Assembly (NCBI RefSeq): GCF_031732815.1
Contig: NZ_JAVMKF010000268.1
Location: 270-64,269, forward strand
Direction: 5' to 3'
DNA: 64,000 bases
Source: Accumulibacter sp.
GTDB taxonomy: Bacteria; Pseudomonadota; Gammaproteobacteria; Burkholderiales; Rhodocyclaceae
Under the pieces are notes generated by a model. That model ran no database searches. It saw only the letters and a program-made list of their open reading frames with translations, and was not told the origin of the DNA. The translations under genes were made by a program, and so were the position numbers. Below, piece by piece: positions 18,773-28,606 of this stretch. The stretch's first letter is position 1, and every line of letters begins with the position of its first letter.

Positions 18773-21700
18773 TTAGGCCTTTCCCAGCTTGGCGCGAGCG
18801 GCGCGCTTCTCGTTCAGCGTCAAATGGTGATCGTTGATGCGGTCGCCTACCTTGCCGCCATAGTGAAGGCCAAGCTCGTACCAGGGCGCAGACGGCACAT
18901 CACTGCCACGGTCCTTTTCCCAATGCAAGCTTTTCGGTTTGTCGCGTAACACGCCGGCGCCTTTTTTGCCGACGTCGGGAACCGAGAGGAAAGGGCGGAT
19001 GTTGAGGCGTACCCCGTCGTTCAGATCGGGGTTCCAGCCGATGGGCTGTTCTTCGATCGGCTTCCAGCGAACGAAGATGTCGTAGGGGGCCTCTCCAGCC
19101 AAGATCAGCTCCAGGCGTTTCTTCAGCGCCTCGGCGGCAGCCAGTTTCTCCTGGGCGCCGTCCACGCCGCTGTCAGCGTCACGCTTCTGGCGGCCGATCC
19201 AGTCACCCAGATAGGTGTAGATCAACGCTTCCAAAGCCTTGTAGTCGAGCTTGTGGCAGTTCACCAGGGCGGCGAAGCCATCGCGCAGCCCATCCCATAC
19301 GTGCCAGACGAAGGGCCGGTTGCCAAACAGCGCACAGTGTTGTGTGAAGAACTTGTCGCGCAGCCAAGTTTCCAGTGACTTGCCGGCATGATCAGCCGCG
19401 GTCAGCAGCTGTGCAAGGATGTCGTTGCTCCAATCTGATCCATATGCATCTGCCATCAGATTGAGAAGTCGATCGCCGGCCGATGCTTCCCGGCCCACTG
19501 GCGGGATACAGACAATGCCGTCCTTGTCCGCGTGACTCGCCAAGACCGTGATGCGCTCATCATTCGACTGGGCGTTTTCACCGTCAAACTCCAGCGGCCA
19601 GGCGTATCCAACTAAACGAGCCACTGCCACTTGAAGTGGCGCTGTGGAATATTTCAGGTCCCCATGAAAGAGCCACTGCGTAGGGTCATCGGAACTCCGA
19701 TTAGGCAATCCATTTGGATACTCTGATTCAAACTCTGATTGCCATCGATCCTTGTCAAAAGGGACATCGATTAATGGTCCACGAACTTTTAGAGACTGAC
19801 TAACTTTCCTTACTTCAATCGGGTACTCGGCAGAGCTGCAATATGCCCAGATAGCGCCAAGATCACTCTCGTCTTTTGGAAGGATGACAACGCTATTGTC
19901 GTCAAAGGCCCGTCCGGCATATAGGGATACGGGCAGGCTGCCCATGGCACTAACTTGGATGCCGCGCTTACCCCATACATCAAGGCCACGCAACCAAGCG
20001 CCTGTGCTCCCTCCGAGCTTTTCCTGCACATAGTCGACTAAAGCACCCGATCCCTGCTCCCAAAGCAAGACCTGTGAGCAGCCTCCATAGAGAACGGTTT
20101 TTTCAACTGTAGTCTGTTGCCGAATCCAATCACTACCAAATGCGGCAATTTCCCAAAATGATCTTCCAAATCGTGCATAGTCGCCGGTTTGAATTCCGTT
20201 GCTAAATGTGGCGTAGTCGCTAAGCAGATGGCCGGCATCCACATCATCCAAGCGAACCACATGGTCTGGGTTTTCTAGCAAACCCTGCTGTGCTATTTGA
20301 CGAAGTTCCTGTGATCGAAGTGCCCTTGCCTTACCTTCAGAATTGCTGACTTTGGTAACGTCGATGCCAGAGAACTCCGCTTGCTTGCTTGGAGCTTTCT
20401 TGGACAACGTGAAAAGCATGACCGTAACGACCTCTCCGGTAATCCCATCAAATGCTCCAGGGCCGAGCTTGGCTGCAAGATTCCATGCAAACGACTGAAT
20501 CAAATTTTTCCGCTGCCGGGTATATCGAGGCTGATAAAGCCAATTTTGTGGCATGACCAGCTGTGCAACTCCAGATCCTCCGTTTTGAGATAGCTCCAAG
20601 CACCTCTCTAGAAAGACATTGGCGAGATCATTCTTTCCTTCGTCGTAATGACGTTCGCAATAGTCCTTGAGCTTTTCCGACTGCTTGCCTCTTGAGAGAT
20701 ATGGAACATTGGTGATTACCAATTCGTATCGGCCATCAAGCAGGCGAGCGGCCTCAAGAAGACCTTGCGCGCTCAGGGCCAATTCCCAGCGATCGTCAAC
20801 TTCATTTGTCAGAGTGGGCGGACGTTCAGTGGCCAACGCCTTACGCAATAAGGCTGTCAATGTCTCGAAGCTGGACGTGGCCAGGTCATTCTTCAGGCTT
20901 CGCGCGGGGTCGAGGAGACTCCCTAGCAGCGGTGCGTCCGAGAAGCTGGCGTGCAATTGGCGCAACTCTTGGCGCACGTAATCGGCGTTGGGTGCCTCGT
21001 CGGGCACCAGCGCCTCCCAGTCCTGCGCTTTGGCCGCCACCTTGAGGCCACAGCACGCGATGTTGGGCGCTGGAATCTCCCGTACCCCGAGTGGCTTGCT
21101 CGATGCATCCGGATAACGCCATGCCTCCAACGCCACCGCGAACACCGCGATCTCCACGCATCGTGGGTCGATCTCTAGGCCGTGAATGTTCTCGGCCAGC
21201 ACGCGATTGACGGCCTCCTTGGCGCTCAGGCCCTCCGCCGTCATGCGCATCGGTACCAGCATCAGGAAAGCGGCCACCAGGAAGTGGCCCGAGCCGCAGC
21301 ACGGGTCGAGCAGCTTGAAGTCGGCCAGCGAGTCGGGCCAGCCCTCGAACTTGCCTGCGGCGGGCGTGCCGTCTTCCAGGGTGCGGAAGTAGTCGAGGTT
21401 CACCGGACATGGCTTGCCCGGGTGGCGGGTAGCCCACCAGGCGCCGAGCGAGTTGTGCAGCAGGAAGGACACCATGTACGGCTCGGTGAAGAGCTGGGTG
21501 ACGGCCGGCAACTCGTCGGCGCCGATCTTCACTTCCGACTTGTTGATACGCTCCTTGTTGTCGGCCTGCCAGAACTGGTAGACCCAGCCCAGGCTGTCGC
21601 TGGCTTTGAAGACGGTATCTGGCAGATCCTTGAGCAGCTGTTCCAGCTCGCTCTGGTGCTCGGGTGCGAAAGTCAGCTCGAACACCGGCGAGCCAGGCTT

Positions 21701-22147
21701 AAACACCTGCGGCAGCATGCGGGCGGCCAGCTTGCCGGCCAGCTCCCAGCCGCTCTTGGCGCCTTCGTCGGGGGCCAGCTCATCGCACTCTTCGATGGTG
21801 ACGGCAACGCCGTCGTACATCAGCAGGTTGTTGTCGGCCAGGAAGCGGGCGAACAGCATGCGGTGCCAGTGCTGGTAGGCCACTTCTTGCACCAGGTGCT
21901 GCACATCTTGCTTGCCGTAAGTCGGGTTGGTGCTCTTCGAATCGCGGGTATCACCAAGCTGCTTGCCGTGGGTGCGCAGGCGGTTGCGCAACGCTTTCTC
22001 GTCATCGCTCAGAAAAGCTTCGGGCTTGTCGTGACCAACGCCCAGTTGCTCCACCGCCGCTTGCGCGGCAGTTTCAGCGACCGTGCGGGCCGCTTTGACG
22101 GTTTTTTCCAGCGCGCTGCGCAGGTCTTTGTCGAGTGCTTGCATCAT
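18773..22147 (-). CDS. pglX: BREX N6-adenine DNA methyltransferase PglX, 1124 aa
   Basis: TQLFTEPYMV, motif I LLDPCCGSGHF, motif IV variant ITNVPY; directly follows brxC. Confidence 0.92.
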   Translation of the reverse strand: MMQALDKDLRSALEKTVKAARTVAETAAQAAVEQLGVGHDKPEAFLSDDEKALRNRLRTHGKQLGDTRDSKSTNPTYGKQDVQHLVQEVAYQHWHRMLFARFLADNNLLMYDGVAVTIEECDELAPDEGAKSGWELAGKLAARMLPQVFKPGSPVFELTFAPEHQSELEQLLKDLPDTVFKASDSLGWVYQFWQADNKERINKSEVKIGADELPAVTQLFTEPYMVSFLLHNSLGAWWATRHPGKPCPVNLDYFRTLEDGTPAAGKFEGWPDSLADFKLLDPCCGSGHFLVAAFLMLVPMRMTAEGLSAKEAVNRVLAENIHGLEIDPRCVEIAVFAVALEAWRYPDASSKPLGVREIPAPNIACCGLKVAAKAQDWEALVPDEAPNADYVRQELRQLHASFSDAPLLGSLLDPARSLKNDLATSSFETLTALLRKALATERPPTLTNEVDDRWELALSAQGLLEAARLLDGRYELVITNVPYLSRGKQSEKLKDYCERHYDEGKNDLANVFLERCLELSQNGGSGVAQLVMPQNWLYQPRYTRQRKNLIQSFAWNLAAKLGPGAFDGITGEVVTVMLFTLSKKAPSKQAEFSGIDVTKVSNSEGKARALRSQELRQIAQQGLLENPDHVVRLDDVDAGHLLSDYATFSNGIQTGDYARFGRSFWEIAAFGSDWIRQQTTVEKTVLYGGCSQVLLWEQGSGALVDYVQEKLGGSTGAWLRGLDVWGKRGIQVSAMGSLPVSLYAGRAFDDNSVVILPKDESDLGAIWAYCSSAEYPIEVRKVSQSLKVRGPLIDVPFDKDRWQSEFESEYPNGLPNRSSDDPTQWLFHGDLKYSTAPLQVAVARLVGYAWPLEFDGENAQSNDERITVLASHADKDGIVCIPPVGREASAGDRLLNLMADAYGSDWSNDILAQLLTAADHAGKSLETWLRDKFFTQHCALFGNRPFVWHVWDGLRDGFAALVNCHKLDYKALEALIYTYLGDWIGRQKRDADSGVDGAQEKLAAAEALKKRLELILAGEAPYDIFVRWKPIEEQPIGWNPDLNDGVRLNIRPFLSVPDVGKKGAGVLRDKPKSLHWEKDRGSDVPSAPWYELGLHYGGKVGDRINDHHLTLNEKRAARAKLGKA

Positions 22148-22160
22148 GGGGAGTCAGGCC

Positions 22161-25100
22161 TCAGTGAAGGATGACCGGGCCGTTTTTCAGGGCCAGCGCG
22201 ATGGTTTGCTTGGCGTCCAGCAGCCAGGCGTCGATGTCTTCGTTGGTTTTGATGGTGCGGCTGGGCAGCTTGACGAACTGCGCCTTTGGCTCCATCAACT
22301 CGGCGGCGGCCACCAACACAGCGTCAAAGCGCGAGTCGATGGCAGCCACGCGGTCGGCGAACGATGAAAGCGACAGCCGATCAACCGTGGCCAGCACTTC
22401 GTCGGTGTTGGCCACTTGCACCTTGGGTGCATCGGTGAGGGTGAGCTTTTGGGCTGCGAGCAGGCTGTTGCGTTGTTCGGGCTCTAGCTGCTGCCAGTTG
22501 GTGTCGGCGTCCAGACGCGCCATGCCGTTCTTGTGGCGGGTCTGGTAATCGGTTTGCAGGCGGTTCAGTTCGTCGCGCAGCAACTGGGTGAGGCTGGCCA
22601 CCAGCGGCGTGACGGGATCAGGCTCCTCCAACAACTGGCGCTGCTGCTCCAGGTGCGTGACCTGTGCCACCAAAACCTCGGCCCCCGACATCCCACTGGC
22701 CTGGGCCAGCAGACGCTTGAGGGTGTTCCAGGCCGGCAGGCGCTTGTCGATGCGCTCGGCCAGATCCGTCCAGGTGTCGATGGCGGCGCTGAGTTCGTCG
22801 CGCTGGTTGTAGAGAGCCAATAGCTGCTCGTTGCCGGCTGTGAGGCGGATTTCTTCCAGTGCCTTCGTTTCAGGGCGCACCGGCCGTGGGGCCTCGCCAC
22901 CGGCGCGGTTGGCCAGCTCTTGCGCGCTGACCAGGAACTGCGGCACGTAGGCCAGCTCTTCGCCTTGCTTGGCGGTGAGGCCGACCTTCTGCAGCACCTT
23001 ACGAATCTGGATGCGCTGCGCCGCCGAGACAGTGGCCGACTCGACCTTGAACATGGTCTTGCCGATGACCTTGCGTTCCAGGTCTTTCGGGTCGATGGTC
23101 TGACCCTTCTCGTCCTGGGCGCGGATCAGCCCGGCCACCAGGAGTACCTGCAAGCCACCGTCCACCGCGTCACCCGGCCAGCCGTAGGTGGCGCCCTCGA
23201 AGTTCTTGCGGATGTCGATGCCCTTCTTGCCGCCAGCAATGAAGGCCAGGATGGCTTTGCACACCGAGTTCTTGGCGGGCTCGCCGTCGTCGCCCACGCT
23301 CTTGAGGGCATCTGGCGCGCCGTTTTGGGCCTTTTTCAGAACGTTTTCCCAACCAGCATGGTCGGCAATGTGGAACTGCGGGTAGAGCCGCTGCAAAGCG
23401 TTGGTGGCGGCCTCCAGCGTCATGGCCTGCAGGTCGGTACCCAGGATCTCGTTGCCACCGCCTTGGAAGACGCGAGCGCCCGAGAAAGCCTCTTGCAGCA
23501 GTTCCCGGATCTTGCCCTCAGCGGTTTGCTTGGTGGTCTCCATCGCCGAGCGGGCTTCGGTGCCCTCGGCGGTGTTGGGAACGCCCCGCTTGTCCAGTGT
23601 GGCACTGGCCGCCTTGAAGTCGATCAGATAGTGCCGCAGGTCATCGGCCGAGCGCTTGGGGATGAACACGAACACGGTGGGCGACTGGTTGCCCGCCTGG
23701 CGAGCGTCGGCACGCACCGAGTTTTCGTCGATGCTCCAGCCGTCACGCACCCAGACGCAGACCTTCTCGGCAGCGTCGCCGGGTAGTTGGGCGTCGAACA
23801 CAGGGAAGATGTCGCGTGTGACCTTGGAGGTGCCTTGGGTCAGCGACAGCTTGCGCACCATTTCGCCGAAGCGGCGGCGGATGCGATCGTCGCGCTCTGC
23901 GTCCACGCGGTGGGCCTCGTTGGCCAGGCTGTTACGTTGGCTAAGGAACTCGTCGTTCCAAGCGGCGCTTTCTTCGGTCTGGATGCGGTACTCGTCACCC
24001 ACCTTCATCAGCAGCTCGCACTTGTCGAGCACGCTCGGGAGCTTGCTGCGCAGCGCGCTGGAGCCTTGGGTGAGGTCTTCCACCAGCAAGTCAGCTAGGG
24101 TGTCGACAGTGGCGCGAATGCCGATTTCGTGATTGCTGCTGGCCAGCTTGTTGATGAGAAACACCAGGCCGCAGGACCGTGCCATCAGACGCTGGTCATC
24201 GGTGCCTTTGGCCCAGACCATGGTCTTCTCATGCACCTTGCGCGGCAGGATGCGCGACTGAAGCAGCTTGTCTGCTGCGTCGAAGTACAGGTAGTCCGCT
24301 GGCACCACGCTGCCGACCGGAGCGTCCACATTGGTCTGGATGACCTTGTGGATCATGGAGAGTTGGTTGCGCAGCTGGCTGTCGGTGCCGGTCTGGTCCA
24401 GCACGCGCAGTGTGTTCTCCCAAAAGCGACGGCGCACCGGCAGGATCGGGTAGTCCTGCGGGAAGAATTGAATGTCATCACCTCGGTGGCCGATGGTGGT
24501 GCCGGCCAAGTGGCGAGAGATTTCGCCAAGGTTGGTTTGCATCACCTTTTCGACCGGTGCCTTGGCCTCAGGCTTCTTGGCCAGGATGACCTGACGGATC
24601 ACTGCATCGACGTCGGCGTCGGAGAGCTCAACGCGGACGGTGAAGCGGCCTTCGAGCTTTTTGAGGTTGGAGGTGCCGGTGACAGCCGTCTGGCCGGTGC
24701 CGATGAACAGCATCTTGGCGCCGATGTTTTTGCAGCAGGCCTCGACCACTTCCTGCACGTCAATGGAGCGTTGGCTGTCTTCACCGATGTACTGTTGCAC
24801 CTCGTCGAGCACCACCAGGGTGAGGGGGAACTTGCCGTCGCGTGTTAGCGCCTGGCGAATGGCTTTGAGCATGTCGCCGCTGGAGACGTCCTGCACATAG
24901 GGGTACAGGTTGTTCAGTGTCTCGACGCAGGACGCTGGCGACGTGAACAGGTTGGGCTTAGCTTTGACCAGGGCCTCGTGCAACCCCTCGGCCACGTAGA
25001 AGTTGTCGAGCTCCTCATACCAGTCGAAGCCGCTCTTCTCAACATGACCCCGCACGGCCTCAAAAATGCCTTCATGCTGGAGCCACATGACGAAGCGTGC

Positions 25101-25601
25101 CACTGGGTACTGCTCGGGCAGGCCAACTGACTTGAACAAAATACCCAGCAGGGCCATGCGGACAGACTTGTCGCGCGAGCTGGAGCCCAACGTGCCAGAC
25201 GCGGCGTGCAAGCCGCCGTGGCGCTTCGCCTGAATACTGAGTTCCTTGAGCTGGTCGCTCACGCCTTGTGGCAGGTTCGCGATACCCCGCGCGGTAGCGC
25301 CGTCATCAAACGCGCTGTCGACCCAGAGCGCTCGCAGCATCTTGACCAAGTGCGATTTACCCGAGCCGTAGAAGCCGCTGACCCATACCGCTGGCTGCTC
25401 GGCCTGCTCGATATTCTTCAGGTAGACGTCGAGGATGTGTTCCAGGCCCTTTTCGTACTGGCCATCGCAGACAAATGTTTCAAGCTCGTACCGCAGGACG
25501 GACAGTGCCTGGTTGGTTTTTTCGTCATTGACGCTGGCCACGCCCTCGTTGACCAGCTTGCGGGTCGACGGGTCCTTTTGGTAGATGTCGCGATTGAGCA
25601 T
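22161..25601 (-). CDS. brxC: BREX P-loop ATPase BrxC, 1146 aa
   Basis: WVSGFYGSGKSHL Walker A, VLDEVQQY Walker B, YPILP; located between brxB and pglX. Confidence 0.92.
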   Translation of the reverse strand: MLNRDIYQKDPSTRKLVNEGVASVNDEKTNQALSVLRYELETFVCDGQYEKGLEHILDVYLKNIEQAEQPAVWVSGFYGSGKSHLVKMLRALWVDSAFDDGATARGIANLPQGVSDQLKELSIQAKRHGGLHAASGTLGSSSRDKSVRMALLGILFKSVGLPEQYPVARFVMWLQHEGIFEAVRGHVEKSGFDWYEELDNFYVAEGLHEALVKAKPNLFTSPASCVETLNNLYPYVQDVSSGDMLKAIRQALTRDGKFPLTLVVLDEVQQYIGEDSQRSIDVQEVVEACCKNIGAKMLFIGTGQTAVTGTSNLKKLEGRFTVRVELSDADVDAVIRQVILAKKPEAKAPVEKVMQTNLGEISRHLAGTTIGHRGDDIQFFPQDYPILPVRRRFWENTLRVLDQTGTDSQLRNQLSMIHKVIQTNVDAPVGSVVPADYLYFDAADKLLQSRILPRKVHEKTMVWAKGTDDQRLMARSCGLVFLINKLASSNHEIGIRATVDTLADLLVEDLTQGSSALRSKLPSVLDKCELLMKVGDEYRIQTEESAAWNDEFLSQRNSLANEAHRVDAERDDRIRRRFGEMVRKLSLTQGTSKVTRDIFPVFDAQLPGDAAEKVCVWVRDGWSIDENSVRADARQAGNQSPTVFVFIPKRSADDLRHYLIDFKAASATLDKRGVPNTAEGTEARSAMETTKQTAEGKIRELLQEAFSGARVFQGGGNEILGTDLQAMTLEAATNALQRLYPQFHIADHAGWENVLKKAQNGAPDALKSVGDDGEPAKNSVCKAILAFIAGGKKGIDIRKNFEGATYGWPGDAVDGGLQVLLVAGLIRAQDEKGQTIDPKDLERKVIGKTMFKVESATVSAAQRIQIRKVLQKVGLTAKQGEELAYVPQFLVSAQELANRAGGEAPRPVRPETKALEEIRLTAGNEQLLALYNQRDELSAAIDTWTDLAERIDKRLPAWNTLKRLLAQASGMSGAEVLVAQVTHLEQQRQLLEEPDPVTPLVASLTQLLRDELNRLQTDYQTRHKNGMARLDADTNWQQLEPEQRNSLLAAQKLTLTDAPKVQVANTDEVLATVDRLSLSSFADRVAAIDSRFDAVLVAAAELMEPKAQFVKLPSRTIKTNEDIDAWLLDAKQTIALALKNGPVILH

Positions 25602-25615
25602 GAGCTTCCCCTTGT

Positions 25616-26167
25616 TCAGAATTCTTTGTCTGCGGTGATCGGTACGGCGAGGTAATTCCAGCCGTCGTATCCATCCAGCAAGCGGTAGTTGTTGTCTTCA
25701 TAGCTGCCGGGGAAAAACACCAGCAGGCGTCCCTTCACCTTGGGCGCGAGCTTGTCCACGACTTCCTTGACCTTCAGGAAGCCGAACAGAGAGCCGACGC
25801 CCTGCAGCGCCACGACAAATTCCTCGCTGACGCATCTGTCTTGCAGGAACGTCTCGAACTCGGCTTCGATGTAGCTGAGGTACTTGGGCAGCAGCGTGGA
25901 CAGCAGGTTGGGTTTTTGGAAGTAGCTCTTGGCGTACCGTTGGGACGCCAGCCAATTCGGGAACGAATCGGTCAAGTCGAACAACGCCCAGTCATGGCCT
26001 GCCGCACGGGTGGCGATCTCAAACTCGTCGACTTTGGCCCGCAGGCGCAGCTCTTCTGTCTCGTGATAAACGCAGAAAATGACGCGCTGGGCGGCGGCGG
26101 CGTCATCGCGCCATGGCACAGCCACGTACTTGCTGTAAGACTGGGTCAATCGCTTAATTCTGCTCAC
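25616..26167 (-). CDS. brxB: BREX protein BrxB (DUF1788), 183 aa
   Basis: LLVFFPGSYEDNNYRLLDGYDGWNYLAVPI pattern, size and position. Confidence 0.85.
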   Translation of the reverse strand: MSRIKRLTQSYSKYVAVPWRDDAAAAQRVIFCVYHETEELRLRAKVDEFEIATRAAGHDWALFDLTDSFPNWLASQRYAKSYFQKPNLLSTLLPKYLSYIEAEFETFLQDRCVSEEFVVALQGVGSLFGFLKVKEVVDKLAPKVKGRLLVFFPGSYEDNNYRLLDGYDGWNYLAVPITADKEF

Positions 26168-26954
26168 GGAGCCACTCCATTTCCTGCGCAGTGATCAAGT
26201 TCGGGAAAAGCACTTCGACCACCTGGCCGACGCGCTTGAGTGAGATCCAGCCCCGGCGTGATGCGTCCTCGGCCAACTCGATCGTCTTTTCAAATGAACA
26301 GTCGAGCATTCGAGTGAAGTCACTCTTGAGCAGCGACTCGCCGCGCAGACCGCTGACGTAGCCTAGAAGCAGCGCCAACGAGACCGTGCCTGGCGTCGCC
26401 ACAGCACGGGCCCGCACTTTGCGAACGCGGCCAGCCAGGTGACCCGCCTGAGTCCAGGACGAATTGATGTTCTGTGCGGTGGACTTGAGCGTGGCCTTGC
26501 TGAAGCGCCCCGGCTCTTGCGCATCGATGAACTCTTCCATCGCCTCACGGGTGACGGTGGCTCCTTCCTGGAAGCCCAAGACAAAGGGAGCCGTGGCCCG
26601 AAGCAGGGGGTCACGCGAGTAGGCGCAAAGCGCTGCCAATAACGGCTGTCCATCCACATCGCGTTGCCAGAAGAAACGCAGGGCACGGAACACCAACAAG
26701 CTGGGATCGAGCGCGTAGAGGTCAGCCAGGTGCCGGAAGGTCAGCGTCCGCGTTTTGCCCGAGCGCTTGCCCAGGCAATTGGCAGTCTGGATGGCCTCCA
26801 GGTAGTCGGCCCTGGCCGCGTCGGCTACGTCCTCAAAGGACAGCAGGGCGCGCAGTTCGGCCAGCATCATTGTTCGGGCGGTATGGACGCCGCCGCGCTC
26901 ATAACTGAACCCGAGTCGCTCCAGCTTTTTGTTGTGTTTGTTCTCTACGTTCAC
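26154..26954 (-). CDS. brxA: BREX protein BrxA-like (DUF1819-related), 266 aa
   Basis: First gene after the WYL regulator and overlaps brxB; assigned mainly by position. Confidence 0.7.
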   Translation of the reverse strand: MNVENKHNKKLERLGFSYERGGVHTARTMMLAELRALLSFEDVADAARADYLEAIQTANCLGKRSGKTRTLTFRHLADLYALDPSLLVFRALRFFWQRDVDGQPLLAALCAYSRDPLLRATAPFVLGFQEGATVTREAMEEFIDAQEPGRFSKATLKSTAQNINSSWTQAGHLAGRVRKVRARAVATPGTVSLALLLGYVSGLRGESLLKSDFTRMLDCSFEKTIELAEDASRRGWISLKRVGQVVEVLFPNLITAQEMEWLREQN

Positions 26955-26973
26955 GTTGGGACAGTCCTGTTAT

Positions 26974-27903
26974 TCAGTCGGCATCGGCTTCGATCCGTTG
27001 TTGATCAGGGGAGCGATAGCCCGGGGCCAAGACGGCATTACGCACACCGTAAATGGCGAGGTGGTCTTTCAACCAAAGCCGGTACTCAGGTCCGCGCAAG
27101 CTGTGATCTGGGGAACAGTCCACACTCCATTTGCGCAGGATGTATCCGGCTGTAGCGGCCCGAAGCTTCATTCGAAGCACACCGCCCTGCATGCTGTAGT
27201 CCATCTCGGTGATCTCTGGTCGGGGCTGATCCGGGTGCGGCACCAGCTCCAGCTCGACGATCCGGGTCCACTGAATGTCTTGGTCGCTCATCTCGTGGGG
27301 CGCCACAGGCTGGCCCTTGAGCACCGCTGGACGATTGATCCGGGTGATGACGAAATCCCGGAATTCCTGCGACTTTCGGTCGAAGGCGCGGACGTGCCAG
27401 CGCAGACCGTTGTCGATCAGCGCGAAGGGGACGATCTCTCGCTCGGTGCGCCCACTGGAGATGGAGTGGTACTCGATGCCGAGCGGACACTCCTGGTGAA
27501 TCGCCCGAGTCACGCTAGCCAGCACATCCAGATCAGGATGCGTGAGCCGTGACGGGCTCTCGCTGATCACCCATGCCTTTAGCCGCATCGGCTCCCCGTC
27601 GCCGAAACCTTGGGTCAGCCAAGACAGGACGCGCTCAGGCGGGAAGTCAAAGACCGGACGGAAGTCCGGGCCCAGGACGTACGACTTGCCCTTGGAGTCG
27701 TAGTCAATGTTGCCGGGCGCCATATCTTTGTAGAGCGCCAGATCCCGACTGGCCGCCGCTGACTGGATTCCGAACCGCGAAACCAGGTCTTGGCGACGGA
27801 TCTCCCCGATAAAGCGCACGCGCAACTCCACGAATGCGAGGCGGTCGCGCTGTGGCTGGGTTAGATCTGCAAGCTGTTCGTTCGACATCCTGTGGGTGCT
27901 CAT
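26974..27903 (-). CDS. brxR: WYL-domain transcriptional regulator BrxR (wHTH-WYL-WCX), 309 aa
   Basis: N-terminal HTH (RRQDLVSRFGIQSAAASRDL) and WYL motif REIVPFAL...RWHVRAFD...FRDFVITRI. Alternative ATG at 27888. Confidence 0.88.
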   Translation of the reverse strand: MSTHRMSNEQLADLTQPQRDRLAFVELRVRFIGEIRRQDLVSRFGIQSAAASRDLALYKDMAPGNIDYDSKGKSYVLGPDFRPVFDFPPERVLSWLTQGFGDGEPMRLKAWVISESPSRLTHPDLDVLASVTRAIHQECPLGIEYHSISSGRTEREIVPFALIDNGLRWHVRAFDRKSQEFRDFVITRINRPAVLKGQPVAPHEMSDQDIQWTRIVELELVPHPDQPRPEITEMDYSMQGGVLRMKLRAATAGYILRKWSVDCSPDHSLRGPEYRLWLKDHLAIYGVRNAVLAPGYRSPDQQRIEADAD

Positions 27904-27939
27904 TCGGGTTAGCGATGGCTGGTGAGGGCTGTTGCGGAA

Positions 27940-27969
27940 AGTATATCCTGTGCTCTAGAATGAGTCCAA
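27940..27969 (-). promoter_or_regulatory. Putative sigma70 promoter for brxR-BREX operon
   Basis: Minus strand TTGGAC-18 nt-TATACT in the AT-rich divergent intergenic region. Confidence 0.5.
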
Positions 27970-28056
27970 TAAACTATGATCGAATGGTGGTGTGTCGTAA
28001 AATGATAATCACAATCGTTCGGTAAGGCGCCATAGATCTAGGAAAGGGACCGGTAA

Positions 28057-28605
28057 ATGAACCAGCACTCAGACCCACTAGGCTTGTTTGTGAAGGCTGT
28101 GACCTTCGCTGCAGACAAGCACCGGAATCAGCGCCGCAAGGATGCCGATGCGTCGCCCTACATCAACCATCCAATTGCCTTGGCCAACGTGCTGGCGAAC
28201 GAAGGGGGCGTCAACGATGTGGTGGTTTTGTGCGCAGCGGTCCTGCACGACACGATCGAGGACACCGAGACCACACCCGAAGAGCTCATAGCGGTTTTCG
28301 GGCCGCAGGTCACCGCAACAGTGCTGGACGTGACCGACGACAAGTCTTTGGACAAGCATGTCCGCAAGCAGCGTCAGATTGAGCACGCACCGCACATCTC
28401 AAAAGAAGCCAAGCTCGTGAAGCTGGCCGACAAGATTTGCAACCTGCGGGACATCTTGGCGTCACCGCCGGCAGACTGGTCGCCCGAGCGCAAGCAAGGC
28501 TATTTCGACTGGGCAGCCAAAGTCGTGGCGGGTGTTCGCGGCGTCCATCCTGAACTCGAAGCCGTGTTTGACGGACTCTTGGCCCGCCATGCCGAACTCC
28601 GCTGA
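28057..28605 (+). CDS. Stand-alone HD-domain (p)ppGpp hydrolase-like protein (MESH1/small alarmone hydrolase), 182 aa
   Basis: HRNQRRK...PYINHP, VLHDTIED, VTDDKSL and VKLADKICNLRD SpoT/MESH1 motifs. Confidence 0.88.
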   Translation: MNQHSDPLGLFVKAVTFAADKHRNQRRKDADASPYINHPIALANVLANEGGVNDVVVLCAAVLHDTIEDTETTPEELIAVFGPQVTATVLDVTDDKSLDKHVRKQRQIEHAPHISKEAKLVKLADKICNLRDILASPPADWSPERKQGYFDWAAKVVAGVRGVHPELEAVFDGLLARHAELR

Positions 28606-28606
28606 A

